Below, in pieces: positions 9,201-19,967 of a stretch of 64,000 bases of DNA. A program made the position numbers and the translations under genes. The notes beneath the pieces are model-generated. The model was not told the DNA's origin. It did not search any database and saw nothing but the letters and a program-made list of their open reading frames with translations. Numbering within the stretch: the first letter of the stretch is position 1; each line of letters begins with the position of its first letter. The stretch comes from Chloracidobacterium sp. Its GTDB lineage: Bacteria; Acidobacteriota; Blastocatellia; Chloracidobacteriales; Chloracidobacteriaceae. The DNA is taken from NCBI GenBank assembly GCA_025057975.1, contig JANWUV010000011.1, positions 65,555-129,554 on the forward strand. The letters are read 5' to 3'.

Positions 9201-9793
9201 CGCTTGTGTACCTCCAAGGTCTGCGCGTGGTCTGCATGTGTGGGCGGCATCGCCCGTTTGGGGCGTGAGAAACATACCACGGACACGGTGGGTTGGTCGC
9301 TTCGGTGCCGGTTGTCTCAGCTTGGGAGAACTGAAAACATTTGGCGCGCTAGTACGAAGCGCCAGCGCGCGGCTGAGCGCCCTGTTCGAGGAACGGCAGT
9401 CCGGCGGCCAAGGCGTGGGACGGCCGGGCGCGTCAAGTTCACTTGACGGCCCCTTCGCAGTATGCGCCTTGCGCGCTCCTTGAAAAGCTGTCGCCTCGGC
9501 CGTGTGCCTCGACGTTAGGACAACGCCACCCTACACAGCAGAAAAGCCAAGCTATTCTCTGCCCACCATAGGCGAGGATGCGCTGTGTTGTCCTGTGTTG
9601 TCCACTGCGCGGGTTTGAAGGCTGTCACTGCCGCCGACTGCCAAGCCAGCGTTTGGCATAGAAGACAGCGCTAATCCCCACTGCATTGTCTTGGCAGTGA
9701 CTAACCCGCTGTTTGCGTGTGGCGGCGTTCACACTCTCCAGCCGTTGACGCGGTTCACGAAGCAGCATTACGCCGCCTAAGGCTGAAGATGTT

Positions 9794-10837
9794 TCATGAC
9801 CGGTTGCGGACTCGATGATTGTCTATCTTCTCAAGCGCTCCGCCGAAGGCAAACTGTCGTACAGTTTCTCCCTGAAGAAACCGATGTGGAAAGCCCAACT
9901 CAATGTCGCTCGCCTGCGTCAACTGCGCTAGGTGTTCATCGCTCAACGTAAAGTCGAGACAGCCAAGGTTGTCTTTGAGTTGCGGCAGTGTCCGCGCACC
10001 GATGATCGGAATGATGGTTTGTGGGCGCTGACGCAGCCAGTTGATAGCGACCTGTGCTGGGGAACGTCCAATCTCTTCGGCAATACTCATCACTAGTTGG
10101 GCCAGTTCACGGTCGCGGTCTTTGGTGGTTTTGAGGCGTCCGGGCGGCGGGTCGCCTTCCTTGAGCGTGTTGTACTTACCGGTCAGCACACCCCCTCCCA
10201 ACGGACTCCATGCCGTCACCCCAATGTCGAAGTGCGCGGCCATCGGCAATAGTTCGCGCTCCGGCGTCCGTTCCCGCAGCGAGTATTCAATCTGCAAACC
10301 AACAAATGGCGTCCAGCCGCGCAGCGTCGCCAGCGTGTTGGCTGACGCCACAATCCAGGCCGGCGTGTCGGAAATCCCCGCGTAGAGAATCTTCCCCTGC
10401 CGGACAAGGTCGTCAAACCCGCGCATGATTTCCTCAATCGGCGTCGTGAAATCCCACACATGAAGCCAGAGCAGGTCAATGTAGTCGGTTTGCAGGCGGC
10501 GCAGGCTGGCTTCAACCGCCTGCATCATATTTTTACGGTGGTTGCCGGAGGCGTTGACTTCTCCACAGCCGCTGGTATCGAGGCTGTACTTGGTGGCGAT
10601 CACCCAGTGGTCGCGTTCGCCTTGGATGAACTCGCCAATAAAAGTTTCACTTTCGCCTTTGGTGTAAAAGTTGGCGGTGTCAATGAAGTTTCCCCCCGCC
10701 TCGGCGTAGGCGTCAAACATAGCGCGGCTTTCCGCCTTGGAAGCGCCAGTTCCCCACGCTTCACCGAAGGTCATCGCGCCCAAGCAAAGCTCAGAAACCC
10801 GCAGTCCGCTTGCGCCAAGCAGTTTGTAACGCATCAT
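9794..10837 (-). CDS. Aldo/keto reductase
   Basis: MMRYKLLGASGLRVSELCLGAMTFG..., FIDTANFY and LWLHVWD motifs. Start taken at the internal ATG that gives the canonical AKR N-terminus. Confidence 0.85.
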   Translation of the reverse strand: MMRYKLLGASGLRVSELCLGAMTFGEAWGTGASKAESRAMFDAYAEAGGNFIDTANFYTKGESETFIGEFIQGERDHWVIATKYSLDTSGCGEVNASGNHRKNMMQAVEASLRRLQTDYIDLLWLHVWDFTTPIEEIMRGFDDLVRQGKILYAGISDTPAWIVASANTLATLRGWTPFVGLQIEYSLRERTPERELLPMAAHFDIGVTAWSPLGGGVLTGKYNTLKEGDPPPGRLKTTKDRDRELAQLVMSIAEEIGRSPAQVAINWLRQRPQTIIPIIGARTLPQLKDNLGCLDFTLSDEHLAQLTQASDIELGFPHRFLQGETVRQFAFGGALEKIDNHRVRNRS

Positions 10838-11059
10838 TCGGATCTTCCTCTGTTCAAGCGTTGGTAAGCCGCCGCTGGTGGCTCGGACGGCGGCGCTTGG
10901 CTTCATAGACGAAACCGGCGACGCTGGAAATCCGCTCTCACTGAAAAAAAACCAGACAAACGGCCGTCACGTTGTAGATTCATGAGAGAAACCTGTCCCC
11001 CGGTGGGCTGACTCGTGAGACCGACCCGGAGCGGACAACCACCCAGAAGGAGACGATTT

Positions 11060-12016
11060 ATGCCTGCCGATTATGTCGTTCGCAAGGTTTTGGTTGCTAC
11101 AGATGGGTCGCCAGCGAGTTTCGCAGCGATTTCCGACCTCATTCACGCCGGACTCCCCCCGGAGGGCGAGGCGGTAGTTCTCTCGGTCGCCGACCGCGTT
11201 CCCCTGTTCCCGCCTCGAACGCCCGAAGAAATGCTTTACCTTGAAGACGCACGGCTGGCCGTCCCACGCCACTGGGCGCGAAGTGCGGCCGACATTCTGC
11301 GGCGTCGGTTCCCGCACTGGACGGTGCGCGAGGAAACCCGCGCCGGTGCGCCGGCTCGCGAAATTCTCAAATTCGCCAATGAATGGTCGCCGGATTTGAT
11401 TGTCCTTGGCTCGCACGGGCGCTCGACGCTCGGACGGCTGTTTTTCGGCAGTGTCTCGCGCAAGGTCATGTTGGAAGCGCGAACCTCGGTGCGGATCGGC
11501 CGACGACTGGAGCGGCCGGAGGGAACCCCGCTGCGGTTGCTGGTCGGGGTGGATGAAACGCCAGCGTCAGAGGTGGTGATTGCCGCCCTTGCTGCGCGGC
11601 ATTTTTCGCCGGATACACAAGTCAAAGTCGTAACGGCCACCGGCGTCTTCGAGTACTTTAGCAGCGACATTCTCGGCAGCAGCGTCGCCGTTGTTCCGTC
11701 GGACACAATTGACGAACTACGCCGCGCCGCCGCTGATGCGGCGACAGCCGTTCAGGAGAAACTATTGGCGGCTTATCCGGATTTGAAGGTTGAGGTCTCA
11801 CGGGAAGTCATCGAGGGCGATCCAAAGAGTGTTTTGCTTGACATCGCCGAGAAGTGGCCGGCTGACGCAATTTTGCTTGGTACGCGCGATTTGTCCGGTC
11901 CAGAGCGTTTCTTTATCGGGAGCGTATCGTCGGCGATTGTGGCGCATGCACCGTGTACGGTGGAGATTGTGCGCCGCCGTGCGGCTGAAGCGCCGACCGA
12001 ACAGCCGGCCAGCTAG
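11060..12016 (+). CDS. Tandem universal stress protein (UspA) domain protein
   Basis: Two USP domains (VLVATDGS...GSHGRSTLGRLFFGSVS and LLVGVDET...GTRDLSGPERFFIGSVSSAIVAHAPCTVEIV). The ATG at 11060 is preceded by aggaga. Confidence 0.85.
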   Translation: MPADYVVRKVLVATDGSPASFAAISDLIHAGLPPEGEAVVLSVADRVPLFPPRTPEEMLYLEDARLAVPRHWARSAADILRRRFPHWTVREETRAGAPAREILKFANEWSPDLIVLGSHGRSTLGRLFFGSVSRKVMLEARTSVRIGRRLERPEGTPLRLLVGVDETPASEVVIAALAARHFSPDTQVKVVTATGVFEYFSSDILGSSVAVVPSDTIDELRRAAADAATAVQEKLLAAYPDLKVEVSREVIEGDPKSVLLDIAEKWPADAILLGTRDLSGPERFFIGSVSSAIVAHAPCTVEIVRRRAAEAPTEQPAS

Positions 12017-12025
12017 AGCAACTCC

Positions 12026-12526
12026 TCAAACCAAACTACCCTGACATAGGCTGGTTAGGTCAGTCGAGCGGCGGATTGTGACCCGCCGCCTACCCTCGTC
12101 AACTTCCTCTATCCGCACCTGCCAAACGAGATGCGGCGTGCCGACAAGAGCTTCAAGCTCATCACCGAGGCGTTCTGGCCACTCGATAGCGACCACGCCG
12201 GGTTGCCCTAGTAAGTCTTCCAAGCCAATTGCCTCTGCAATTGGCGCGCCGGCCGGCAAGCGGTACAAGTCTACGTGCCACAGCGTCCCTCCCTGAAACG
12301 GATGGGCGTGGACAAGAGCAAAGGTTGGACTTGTGACCTCTTCGGGAACAATACCCAATGCCGCCGCCAGCCCTTTGATAAAGCATGTTTTGCCGGCTCC
12401 TAACTCGCCCTGAAGGAGAACAATACGCGCCGGCGCGGCGACATCCGGCTTGAGTTCATGTCCCAACGCCCGCCCAAGGGCGAGCGTTTCCTCCGAGCTG
12501 TGACTGAGGTAGGTTTGCTCGGTCAT
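12026..12526 (-). CDS. tsaE: tRNA t6A37 biosynthesis ATPase TsaE (YjeE)
   Basis: LQGELGAGKTCFIKGLAAALG Walker A in a ~160-aa protein, plus SPTFALVH and HVDLYRL motifs. Confidence 0.85.
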   Translation of the reverse strand: MTEQTYLSHSSEETLALGRALGHELKPDVAAPARIVLLQGELGAGKTCFIKGLAAALGIVPEEVTSPTFALVHAHPFQGGTLWHVDLYRLPAGAPIAEAIGLEDLLGQPGVVAIEWPERLGDELEALVGTPHLVWQVRIEEVDEGRRRVTIRRSTDLTSLCQGSLV

Positions 12527-12551
12527 TGAGATCAACGTAAGGTCAACATAA

Positions 12552-12570
12552 GAAAAAGGGGCGGCCCCTC
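12552..12570 (-). terminator. Weak intrinsic-terminator-like hairpin after the OmpA-family gene
   Basis: Minus-strand reading: aggggccgcccct followed by ttttt. The GC stem is short, so this is tentative. Confidence 0.35.
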
Positions 12571-12612
12571 ACGGAGCCACCCCACGTCGTCGTTTGACGC
12601 ACTAAGCGCTGG

Positions 12613-14736
12613 CTACTCAGGCCGTTGCGCGCCTTCCGGAACAACCGTCACCACCACGCGGCGGTTGTTGCCGCCTGGCGCTTGGGCTGCCCGCTGATCG
12701 TCGAAGATGCGCAGTTCGATTCGGTTCGGATCTACGCCTTTACCGACGAGGTAAGCCCGGACATTGTCTGCACGCTTCCGCGCCGTACCGCGTTTTTCAC
12801 CCCGGTCGGCGTGGCCGTCAATGATGACCTGCGCAGTTGGGTCACTCTGCAGCCGCGTCACAACTTGGTCAAGCAACGCCTTGCACTGGTTGTCTACGCG
12901 AGCCACGTTACGGCGGAACGGCGGATTCGCCAGCGTACCGTCGCAAGCGACCGTGTAGGACTGCGGCGGCGGCGGCGGCGACAGAATTTCAATCGCCGTT
13001 GAAGCTTCACCTGTACACTTACCGTCGTCCACCGTCACAGTGACGACTACCCGACCGGCTGACAGCCCTGTCGTGTTAAGCGTCACGTTCGCGCCGCTAC
13101 CCTCAATCCGGCCGGCGGTCGTCGTCCAGCGGTAGGTCAGCGGATCATCGTCGGCATCACGCCCAACCGCCGAGAGACTGATCGGCGCATCCGAACCCTC
13201 TTTGATCTGCGTCGGCGAAGCCGTCACCGTCACCGTCGGGCAAGTGTTTTTCTCAATGGTCAACTCAACAGAAGCCGTCGCCGTCGCACAGCAGAGGTCG
13301 GACACCGTCACCGTAACGGTCGCCACGCCGGCCCGGTCAGTCGGTGGGACGTAGGTGACGTTCGGCCCCGTGCCTTCAATGCGGCCGACGCTAGCTGTCC
13401 AGTTGTAGGTCAGGTTGGTGTCGGAAGGATCGGGATCGCTTGCCACAGCCGTCAGCCGCGCTCGCTCGGTGGTCTTGAGCTTTGTCCGGTCGGAGGAAAG
13501 CGTAACCGTCGGCGGGCGGTTGTTAGTACACGGGTCGGGCGCTTCCACCGTCTGGACGCGCCGCCGGTAGCCGATGACTGCGTTGACCACAAAACCATTG
13601 ACATCGCCGCGATTTGAACCGCGTTCCGTGTTTGCATTGTTGAGCAGACGGCGGTAGCCGCCGCCAAAGCTAAAATGAACCGCCTTATCGTTGCCGGTTG
13701 GCGTAAACCGCGCGCCCACCGTCAAATCCAAGGGATTGACCGGGTTGAGATTAGGCGTGCCGCTGCCGTAATAAACGTTCGAGGTCAGCTCCCCAATTGC
13801 TTGGAAGTATTTGTTTACGGCTACGTCCACGGCCGCTGAAGCAATCAGGATGTTCCGGCGGTCGAGATAGCGGATGTTGCCCGCCTCCGGGTCGCCAGCT
13901 TTTGCAGCGCCGATATTGCCGGTGAAGGTGAAGCGTCCAGCGCGTACAGCTGGAACGAGGATCACGCCGTAATCCACCGCGCCGGGGCCGCTGCCGCGCA
14001 CAACACCGTTGCCCGTACCACGGAAGATGCCATTGGCGAATGCAGTCGGAATGTTGACAAAACCGACAATCGCCAAGCCAAACGGACTTTCAGAGTTGGT
14101 AAAGCGGAACTTTGCGCCCAAGGTCGTGTTCCCGCTGGTGTATTCGCTGCTCGCCAGAAATGGAAAATCATTCAGGTAGCCCGGCAACCGACCCACCAGA
14201 CGCTGGTTTGCGCCCGTACCAACAATGCGCGTCCCGCTCTGGACGAGACCCGGCAGGACGCCGCCGACGGCCGCGCCCGCGTTGGAAATGTTTGTCGTGC
14301 TGGGACCAATCAGGCCGACAAACGGCGCCCCAGCGGAACTGCCCGGACCCAGCGGCACGGGTCCAGCCTGGACGCCGGGAAAGCGCACGTTCGGCAGGAA
14401 GAAGCCACTAAGCTCAAGTCGCTGGTCGGCGACCAGTTGCTGCCGAAAAACGGAGGCGGCGAAGAACTCCAGCCGGTCGGTCAGGCCAACAGCCCCACTC
14501 ACAATTTGCTGGCTGATGTCCACGTTGCCCGGCTCACGATCAAAGTTATTGTAATAAGCCGCGATATTGAACTCGCCTCGCTTGAGCGTCGAGGCGTCAT
14601 AGACCGTAAACAAGCCCGTTCCGCCGGTGACAGTTGGGTTGAGCGGGCGGTCTTGCTCGCGCGCTGATTGCGCCAGACCCGTCGCGCTGCCCAAAAACAC
14701 GCAGGCAAATAGCGCAAGCCAAGTACGGTGTTTCAT
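12613..14736 (-). CDS. OmpA-family outer membrane protein: N-terminal barrel-like region, two Ig/PKD-like repeats, C-terminal OmpA domain
   Basis: C-terminus IIDGHADRGEKRGTARKRADNVRAYLVGKGVDPNRIEL is an OmpA_C peptidoglycan-binding domain. There are two homologous about 90-aa repeats (..LTYNWTASVGRIEGTGPNVTY.. / ..LTYRWTTTAGRIEGSGANVTL..). Start at ATG 14736 gives signal peptide MKHRTWLALFACVFLGSATGLAQS, with a ggaggga SD upstream. Confidence 0.8.
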   Translation of the reverse strand: MKHRTWLALFACVFLGSATGLAQSAREQDRPLNPTVTGGTGLFTVYDASTLKRGEFNIAAYYNNFDREPGNVDISQQIVSGAVGLTDRLEFFAASVFRQQLVADQRLELSGFFLPNVRFPGVQAGPVPLGPGSSAGAPFVGLIGPSTTNISNAGAAVGGVLPGLVQSGTRIVGTGANQRLVGRLPGYLNDFPFLASSEYTSGNTTLGAKFRFTNSESPFGLAIVGFVNIPTAFANGIFRGTGNGVVRGSGPGAVDYGVILVPAVRAGRFTFTGNIGAAKAGDPEAGNIRYLDRRNILIASAAVDVAVNKYFQAIGELTSNVYYGSGTPNLNPVNPLDLTVGARFTPTGNDKAVHFSFGGGYRRLLNNANTERGSNRGDVNGFVVNAVIGYRRRVQTVEAPDPCTNNRPPTVTLSSDRTKLKTTERARLTAVASDPDPSDTNLTYNWTASVGRIEGTGPNVTYVPPTDRAGVATVTVTVSDLCCATATASVELTIEKNTCPTVTVTASPTQIKEGSDAPISLSAVGRDADDDPLTYRWTTTAGRIEGSGANVTLNTTGLSAGRVVVTVTVDDGKCTGEASTAIEILSPPPPPQSYTVACDGTLANPPFRRNVARVDNQCKALLDQVVTRLQSDPTAQVIIDGHADRGEKRGTARKRADNVRAYLVGKGVDPNRIELRIFDDQRAAQAPGGNNRRVVVTVVPEGAQRPE

Positions 14737-14971
14737 TCTTTGTTCCCTCCTGGTCGCGTGACCAGTTGATATTGTTCCTACCTTGTCGCATCCGCACGAT
14801 GACAAAAAAGCGAACCAATACTTCCATACAAAACCCTTTCCAAGTTGGCTCGCTCCGTGCAACAACACGTTTGATGACAAAACTTGCGAGAGGCTATCAC
14901 AGAGAGATTCCAGAAACCAAGCCTCTCTACAGCCCGCCCTTAAGACCGACGAACTGAAACGCTCATTTGAC

Positions 14972-16252
14972 TTAGGCGTAGATGCCGCGCATTTTGGTTT
15001 CGTACGCCACGCGGTCAATGGCCAACATGTAAGCCGCCGTCCGCATGTTGACCTTGTGCTTCTCGGCGTAGCTCAACACATCGTTGAAGCTCGAAACCAT
15101 CGTGTCCTGTAGGCGCTCGTTGACGAAGTCTTCTTTCCAGAAGAAGCCCATGCGGTTTTGTACCCACTCAAAATAGGAAACCGTCACACCGCCAGCGTTG
15201 GCCAGAATGTCCGGGATGACGAAAACGCCTTTGCGTTCGAGTACTTCGTCCGCCGCCGCCGTCGTTGGGCCATTGGCGCCTTCACACAGAATGCGGCATT
15301 TAATGCGCTCGACGTTCTGGGTCGTAATTTGATTTTCTGTCGCCGCCGGTATCAGTACTTCACAGTCGAGTTCGAGCAGTTCGGCGTTGGTGATGAGTTC
15401 ACCGCCGCCAAAGCCTTCAAAGGTTTTGTGCTTGCGTAGGTGCGCCAGCGCCGCCGGGATGTCGAGGCCGTTGGGGTTATAGAGGCCGTGCCGAATTTCC
15501 GAAATGCCGATGACCTTGAAACCGGCTTCGTGCAGCAAGGTGGCCCCAATGCCTCCAACATTACCCGCGCCTTGGACGACGACGCGCGTTTCCTGAGGCT
15601 TGAGACCGAACTTCTTACACGCCTCCTGCGTGACGAAAAGCAGCCCGCGACCAGTCGCCTCCCGTCGCCCCCGCGAGCCGCCGAGTTCAACTGGTTTGCC
15701 GGTGACAACCGCGTTGACCGTATGCCGGGCATGCATGGAGTAGGTGTCCATGACCCACGCCATAATCTGTTCGTTGGTGTTCATGTCAGGCGCAGGTACG
15801 TCGCGTTCCGGACCGATGATGTCCAGAATCTCTGAGGTATAGCGCCGGGTGAGCCGCTCCAGCTCGGTTAGCGACATCTTTTGCGGGTCGCACACAATGC
15901 CGCCCTTGCCGCCGCCGTACGGAATGTTGACCACGGCGCACTTCCACGTCATCCATGCCGCCAGTGCGCGTATTTCATCCAGCGTTACATCAGGCGCGTA
16001 ACGAATGCCGCCTTTGGCCGGGCCACGGGCAAAGTTGTGTTGCACCCGGTAGCCGACAAAGACCTCATAGTGGCCGTCATCCATCAGGGTTGGGATGTAA
16101 ACGGTCATTTCGCGCGTCGGATGGCGCAGAATGCGGTAAATGTTCGGGTCTAAGTCGAGCAGCTTCGCCGCGTTGTCAAAACGCGACATCATAGACTCAA
16201 ATGGGTTGTCCTCTTTGAAACTGCGGGCGTCATCAACGAAGGCGTTGGGCAT
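14972..16252 (-). CDS. gdhA: Glutamate dehydrogenase (Glu/Leu/Phe/Val dehydrogenase family)
   Basis: [17 protein letters not shown] and VVQGAGNVG motifs. Start at the internal ATG (MPNAFVDD...) is preferred but uncertain. Confidence 0.9.
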   Translation of the reverse strand: MPNAFVDDARSFKEDNPFESMMSRFDNAAKLLDLDPNIYRILRHPTREMTVYIPTLMDDGHYEVFVGYRVQHNFARGPAKGGIRYAPDVTLDEIRALAAWMTWKCAVVNIPYGGGKGGIVCDPQKMSLTELERLTRRYTSEILDIIGPERDVPAPDMNTNEQIMAWVMDTYSMHARHTVNAVVTGKPVELGGSRGRREATGRGLLFVTQEACKKFGLKPQETRVVVQGAGNVGGIGATLLHEAGFKVIGISEIRHGLYNPNGLDIPAALAHLRKHKTFEGFGGGELITNAELLELDCEVLIPAATENQITTQNVERIKCRILCEGANGPTTAAADEVLERKGVFVIPDILANAGGVTVSYFEWVQNRMGFFWKEDFVNERLQDTMVSSFNDVLSYAEKHKVNMRTAAYMLAIDRVAYETKMRGIYA

Positions 16253-16287
16253 GGCTGATTCCTCACGAAAGATGGCGTCGGGATGGT

Positions 16288-17142
16288 TCACAGATCGGAC
16301 CGCTCGGCTTCCGTGCCGTTGAGTGAGCCGCTGCGGAAGCCCTCAAGGTCCAAGGTAATGAAGGTAAACCCAAGCGGTTTGAGCGCCGCAACAAGGCGCG
16401 CAGCCATAGCTGGGTCAAGTGCGCGCGGCAGTTCCTCCGGTGCAATCTCAATGCGCGCTAACCGGTCATGATGACGCAGACGAACTTCACGGAACCCCAG
16501 CGCGCGCAGCGCCTCTTCGCCCCGTTCAATCGTTGTCAGCTTGCCAATGGTCACTGGCTGTCCGTAGGGAATACGCGACGCCAGACACGGCGACGCTGGC
16601 TTGTCGGCGGTCGGCAGTCCCCAGTACCGCGACCGCTCCCGAATATCGGCCTTGGTGAAGCCAAACCGCGCTAGTGGACTGGCGACGCCCGCTTCGGCGG
16701 CGGCGCGGCGGCCGGGACGCACATCCTTCAGATCATCGGCGTTGGTTCCGTCGCATATGACGGTTGCGCCATACTGCGTCGCCAAGGCGCACAACCGTGT
16801 GAAGAGTTCCTGTTTGCAGAAATAGCACCGGTCGGGCGGATTGGCGGCGTAGGCGGGATTGTCAAGTTCGTGCGTGTCCAGAAAGACATGACGCAACCTA
16901 TAGCGCGTCACAAACTGCGTTACGGCAGATTGCTCGGTAGCTGCGAGACTTGGACTTCGCCCAGTCACAGTTAGCGCGCGCTCGCCAAGCTCTTGTCCGG
17001 CGACAAAGGCCAGATAACTACTGTCCACACCGCCCGAAAATGCGATCAGCACGGAGCGCGCCTCACGCAGCCAGGCGCGCAAAGCGTTTTCCTTGTCGGC
17101 GGCTGTGGTTGAAAGCGGCAGAGATGACAAATTGGGGTCCAC
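16288..17142 (-). CDS. larE: PP-loop ATP-utilising enzyme, LarE-like sulfur transferase family
   Basis: [17 protein letters not shown] is an SGGxDS PP-loop. Size of about 280 aa and a conserved Cys-containing CYFCK segment fit the family. Confidence 0.65.
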   Translation of the reverse strand: MDPNLSSLPLSTTAADKENALRAWLREARSVLIAFSGGVDSSYLAFVAGQELGERALTVTGRSPSLAATEQSAVTQFVTRYRLRHVFLDTHELDNPAYAANPPDRCYFCKQELFTRLCALATQYGATVICDGTNADDLKDVRPGRRAAAEAGVASPLARFGFTKADIRERSRYWGLPTADKPASPCLASRIPYGQPVTIGKLTTIERGEEALRALGFREVRLRHHDRLARIEIAPEELPRALDPAMAARLVAALKPLGFTFITLDLEGFRSGSLNGTEAERSDL

Positions 17143-17239
17143 GAAAAGCCCGGCCTCATTGGTTGAGGATGCGTCAAGCGTGCGAAATCATACGCCCGCC
17201 TCTGATTGGCGTTCAAGCCTTGGTCTGTCCGCTGTTCGG

Positions 17240-18337
17240 CTAGAGCCAGCGCGCCAGCAGGCTTGTCAAGCGCCGAGCGCCGACGCGCACGTCACCCCGC
17301 GCCGCCGACGCGCGCGCATGCGCCCGCATCACCTGTACGACTTCTGGCTGGTCAAGACACAAAGCCAACGCTCGGTGAATGTCCGCCGGGCGCGGCTCGA
17401 CCAGCAACCCGTTGACGCCGGCCTCGACATAGTAGCGCGCCGCCTCGACGCCGCGCGTTGTAATGACCGGCATCCCCGAACCCAACGCTTCGGGAATGAC
17501 CAGCCCCCAACCGGCGTGGAAGCTTGGCAGCACAAGGACGTCGGAGGCCGCAAACGGCCGCAGTCGCTCGTTCCACGTCGCAAATTCCCGATCAAAACTG
17601 ATGGCCTGCGCCAGCGCCGGCGAGCGCGCCATTGCCCGCCGAATCCAATGCTCTTCTGCGCCCGTACCGGAGACGCACCAGTGAAAGCGGCCCGGGTGCG
17701 TCCGGGCCAGTTTTTCAAACGCCGCCGCAAGACCGCGGATGCCGTGCTGCGCCGCCAGCCGGCCGGAAAATAGGAAGTGCAGTTTCTCCCGCTTTGGGCG
17801 GTCGGGAATCGCCAGCACCGGACGCAAATCCTGATAGTACGGGAAAAACATCACCGCCTCTGGTTCGCGCAGCAGTCGCTGATAGAACCGTACGGCGCGG
17901 TCGCCGACCGCCAGTACAAACGCCGGCGGCATCCGTCGCCAGAGCGCCAGGTAGTAGGCCGTCCGCGCCAGATGCTTGAGCCGGCCGTCGCGCATTGGCT
18001 GCTCGGCGAAGACGCCGAACACAGCGCCGAACGCCCGGCACAGGTTGAAGGTCGTTTCGTAAACCCGCCCCCGCCCATAGCCGCAAATGACCACCCGAGG
18101 CTGATGCGCGGCGAACAGCTCGCGCAAGAATGCTTCGACCGACACCGCCTCCGTCCGCCGGTGTGTATCGGGCCGGTTAGCGGCTGTATCCCAGTGTGCG
18201 CCGTGGTTGGCGAACTGCGTGGTTTCTACGTAAGCGGCGTGGAATTCGACCTCGTCCAGCTCGTTCACCGCCGCCGTCAGTTCGGTCATAAACGGCGAGA
18301 CATAGCTGGTGACGAACAGGACAACCGGCCGGCTCAT
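17240..18337 (-). CDS. Glycosyltransferase (GT4-like, GT-B fold)
   Basis: C-terminal VLVLPSFHAGWGLVIPEALGSGMPVITT is the EX7E-type GT1/GT4 signature region. Confidence 0.75.
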   Translation of the reverse strand: MSRPVVLFVTSYVSPFMTELTAAVNELDEVEFHAAYVETTQFANHGAHWDTAANRPDTHRRTEAVSVEAFLRELFAAHQPRVVICGYGRGRVYETTFNLCRAFGAVFGVFAEQPMRDGRLKHLARTAYYLALWRRMPPAFVLAVGDRAVRFYQRLLREPEAVMFFPYYQDLRPVLAIPDRPKREKLHFLFSGRLAAQHGIRGLAAAFEKLARTHPGRFHWCVSGTGAEEHWIRRAMARSPALAQAISFDREFATWNERLRPFAASDVLVLPSFHAGWGLVIPEALGSGMPVITTRGVEAARYYVEAGVNGLLVEPRPADIHRALALCLDQPEVVQVMRAHARASAARGDVRVGARRLTSLLARWL

Positions 18338-19287
18338 AGGCTCTGGGTGAAACGGGCAAGCGTTGCGGCGATTTCGGCGTCAAAGGCTGCGTCGGTCGGT
18401 GGTCGCCAGCCGAGCGCCCACAGGCGGGTGGTTTCCACCTCAAAGGGCCGGCGGAAAGCGTCGGCGCGGTCGCCGACAGTGAGCGTCACCTCCCAACCAA
18501 ACTGTTGACGTGCAACCCGTTGAATGCGCCGGGCCAAGTCGAGCAGCGACATGGCGCATCCCATCGCCAAGTGACACCGTAGCGGCGGTTGCGCCGCCGC
18601 CAGTAGCCTTTCTAGCGCATCCAAGGCGGAAGCCATTGGCAGAAAATCCCGATAAGCTAAGCCGTCGGTCAGCAACGTTAGCGCGCGCCGCTCGACGACC
18701 TGCCGGCAGAGGTCGAGGAAAACAAGCCGCCACTGTGGTCCCAAGTCTAAATGCGTCGGCGGGCCGATGAGGTTAGTTGGGCGGATAATAACAATCTCCG
18801 ACAAACCTGCCGCAGCCAGCCGACGCTCGCAGGCGGCGTGGACAACACCGTATGGGTGCGTCGGCGTTGGCGTGTCGTCTTCGCCGTACCGCGGGCGCGG
18901 CGCATTGGCCGCCGGGTCACCGTAGACGTGAAAGGTTGAGAAGTGGATGAGCCGCCGCGCTTTTTCGGCAGCGAGCAATGCGAGCGCCGCCTCAACCGTG
19001 GCCAGCGCCTGTCGCTCGGCGACTTCCGGTTGCGCGGCGGCTTCCGCTGCGCTCGGCGTCGCCAGATTGAACACAGCTTCGTAGCGCGACTCGTCGGGTA
19101 GCTTGTCGACGGCGGCGTCGTAGGCTACCCACTGTAAGCGGTTGCGGTTGGTCGCCAACCAGCGGTCGCGTTCCGGCGAGCGGCGGCGGCCGGTGACGAT
19201 GACCGTGCCGTGCCGGGCAAGGTGTTCGGCCAACCGCGCGCCGACGTAACCCGTTCCGCCGATGACAAGGAAAAGCCGCTTAGCCAT
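18334..19287 (-). CDS. NAD-dependent epimerase/dehydratase (SDR)
   Basis: From ATG 19287: MAKRLFLVIGGTGYVGARL (GxxGxxG Rossmann) and a YGVVHAACE catalytic-region-like segment. Its stop overlaps the downstream GT start as ATGA. Confidence 0.75.
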   Translation of the reverse strand: MAKRLFLVIGGTGYVGARLAEHLARHGTVIVTGRRRSPERDRWLATNRNRLQWVAYDAAVDKLPDESRYEAVFNLATPSAAEAAAQPEVAERQALATVEAALALLAAEKARRLIHFSTFHVYGDPAANAPRPRYGEDDTPTPTHPYGVVHAACERRLAAAGLSEIVIIRPTNLIGPPTHLDLGPQWRLVFLDLCRQVVERRALTLLTDGLAYRDFLPMASALDALERLLAAAQPPLRCHLAMGCAMSLLDLARRIQRVARQQFGWEVTLTVGDRADAFRRPFEVETTRLWALGWRPPTDAAFDAEIAATLARFTQSL

Positions 19288-19729
19288 GCCGGATGTCCCA
19301 GTTGTAGGGAATGCGGTCAGTGAAGGGATCCAGGCGCTCAATTTCGGCTGGGTCATGCGGCAGCGTCGCACAGTTGGCGACAATCGCAGTTTCCGTCCCA
19401 ACGCCCTTAAAGCCGTTCCAAACTAGCGGCGGTACAGTGACCAGGGCGTAGTTGCCGTCGCCGATGAAGAGTTCCATGAGTTCGCCGCGTGTGGGCGACC
19501 CATCGCGGTCGTCGTACAGGACAAGTTTGATGCGACCAACAATGACGGCGTAGTTGAGCGTCATCGCCTTGTGGATGTGCCACGCCTTGATGGCGCCGGG
19601 ATAAACGCAGGAGAAGTAAATTTCGCCGAACCGCTCGAAGTGGGGGTCGTCGGCGCGCAACATATGCATGATCTTGCCGCGTTCGTCGGGAATTTGCCGT
19701 AGCGGCCGCACGGCGACGCCTTCAATCAT
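19280..19729 (-). CDS. RmlC-like cupin, dTDP-4-dehydrorhamnose 3,5-epimerase-related
   Basis: 149 aa. DERGKIMHMLR, GEIYFSCVYPGAIKAWHIHK. It overlaps the downstream epimerase start by 8 nt. Confidence 0.65.
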   Translation of the reverse strand: MIEGVAVRPLRQIPDERGKIMHMLRADDPHFERFGEIYFSCVYPGAIKAWHIHKAMTLNYAVIVGRIKLVLYDDRDGSPTRGELMELFIGDGNYALVTVPPLVWNGFKGVGTETAIVANCATLPHDPAEIERLDPFTDRIPYNWDIRHG

Positions 19730-19967
19730 CAGGCTTCTCGCTTGCAGAAGGATTCAAGCAAACTGCCCCGGCATCTGCCGCCGCGAGGGTTTATCTCGGC
19801 TGCGGAAGCCACCGAGGACATTTGTCGGTTGCGCATCATACCGTTGCTTGGCGTTTCAAAACCACCACGCTGGGGCGTCCAGTAGGAGCTTGAAGGGTGG
19901 CTTTGAGAGAGAGGCGCAAACATGTGAGCGGCTCACCAACGCCGCCGCAGGGACAGCAAGGCAACAC

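Noticed and set aside
9276-9793. Searched the 500-bp intergenic region for a tRNA, ncRNA or riboswitch. A 9-bp complementarity (actgccaag / cttggcagt) lies around 9630-9700
   Set aside because: No T-loop or anticodon-arm signature and no terminator. The single short stem has a loop of about 50 nt, which is not enough to call an RNA.
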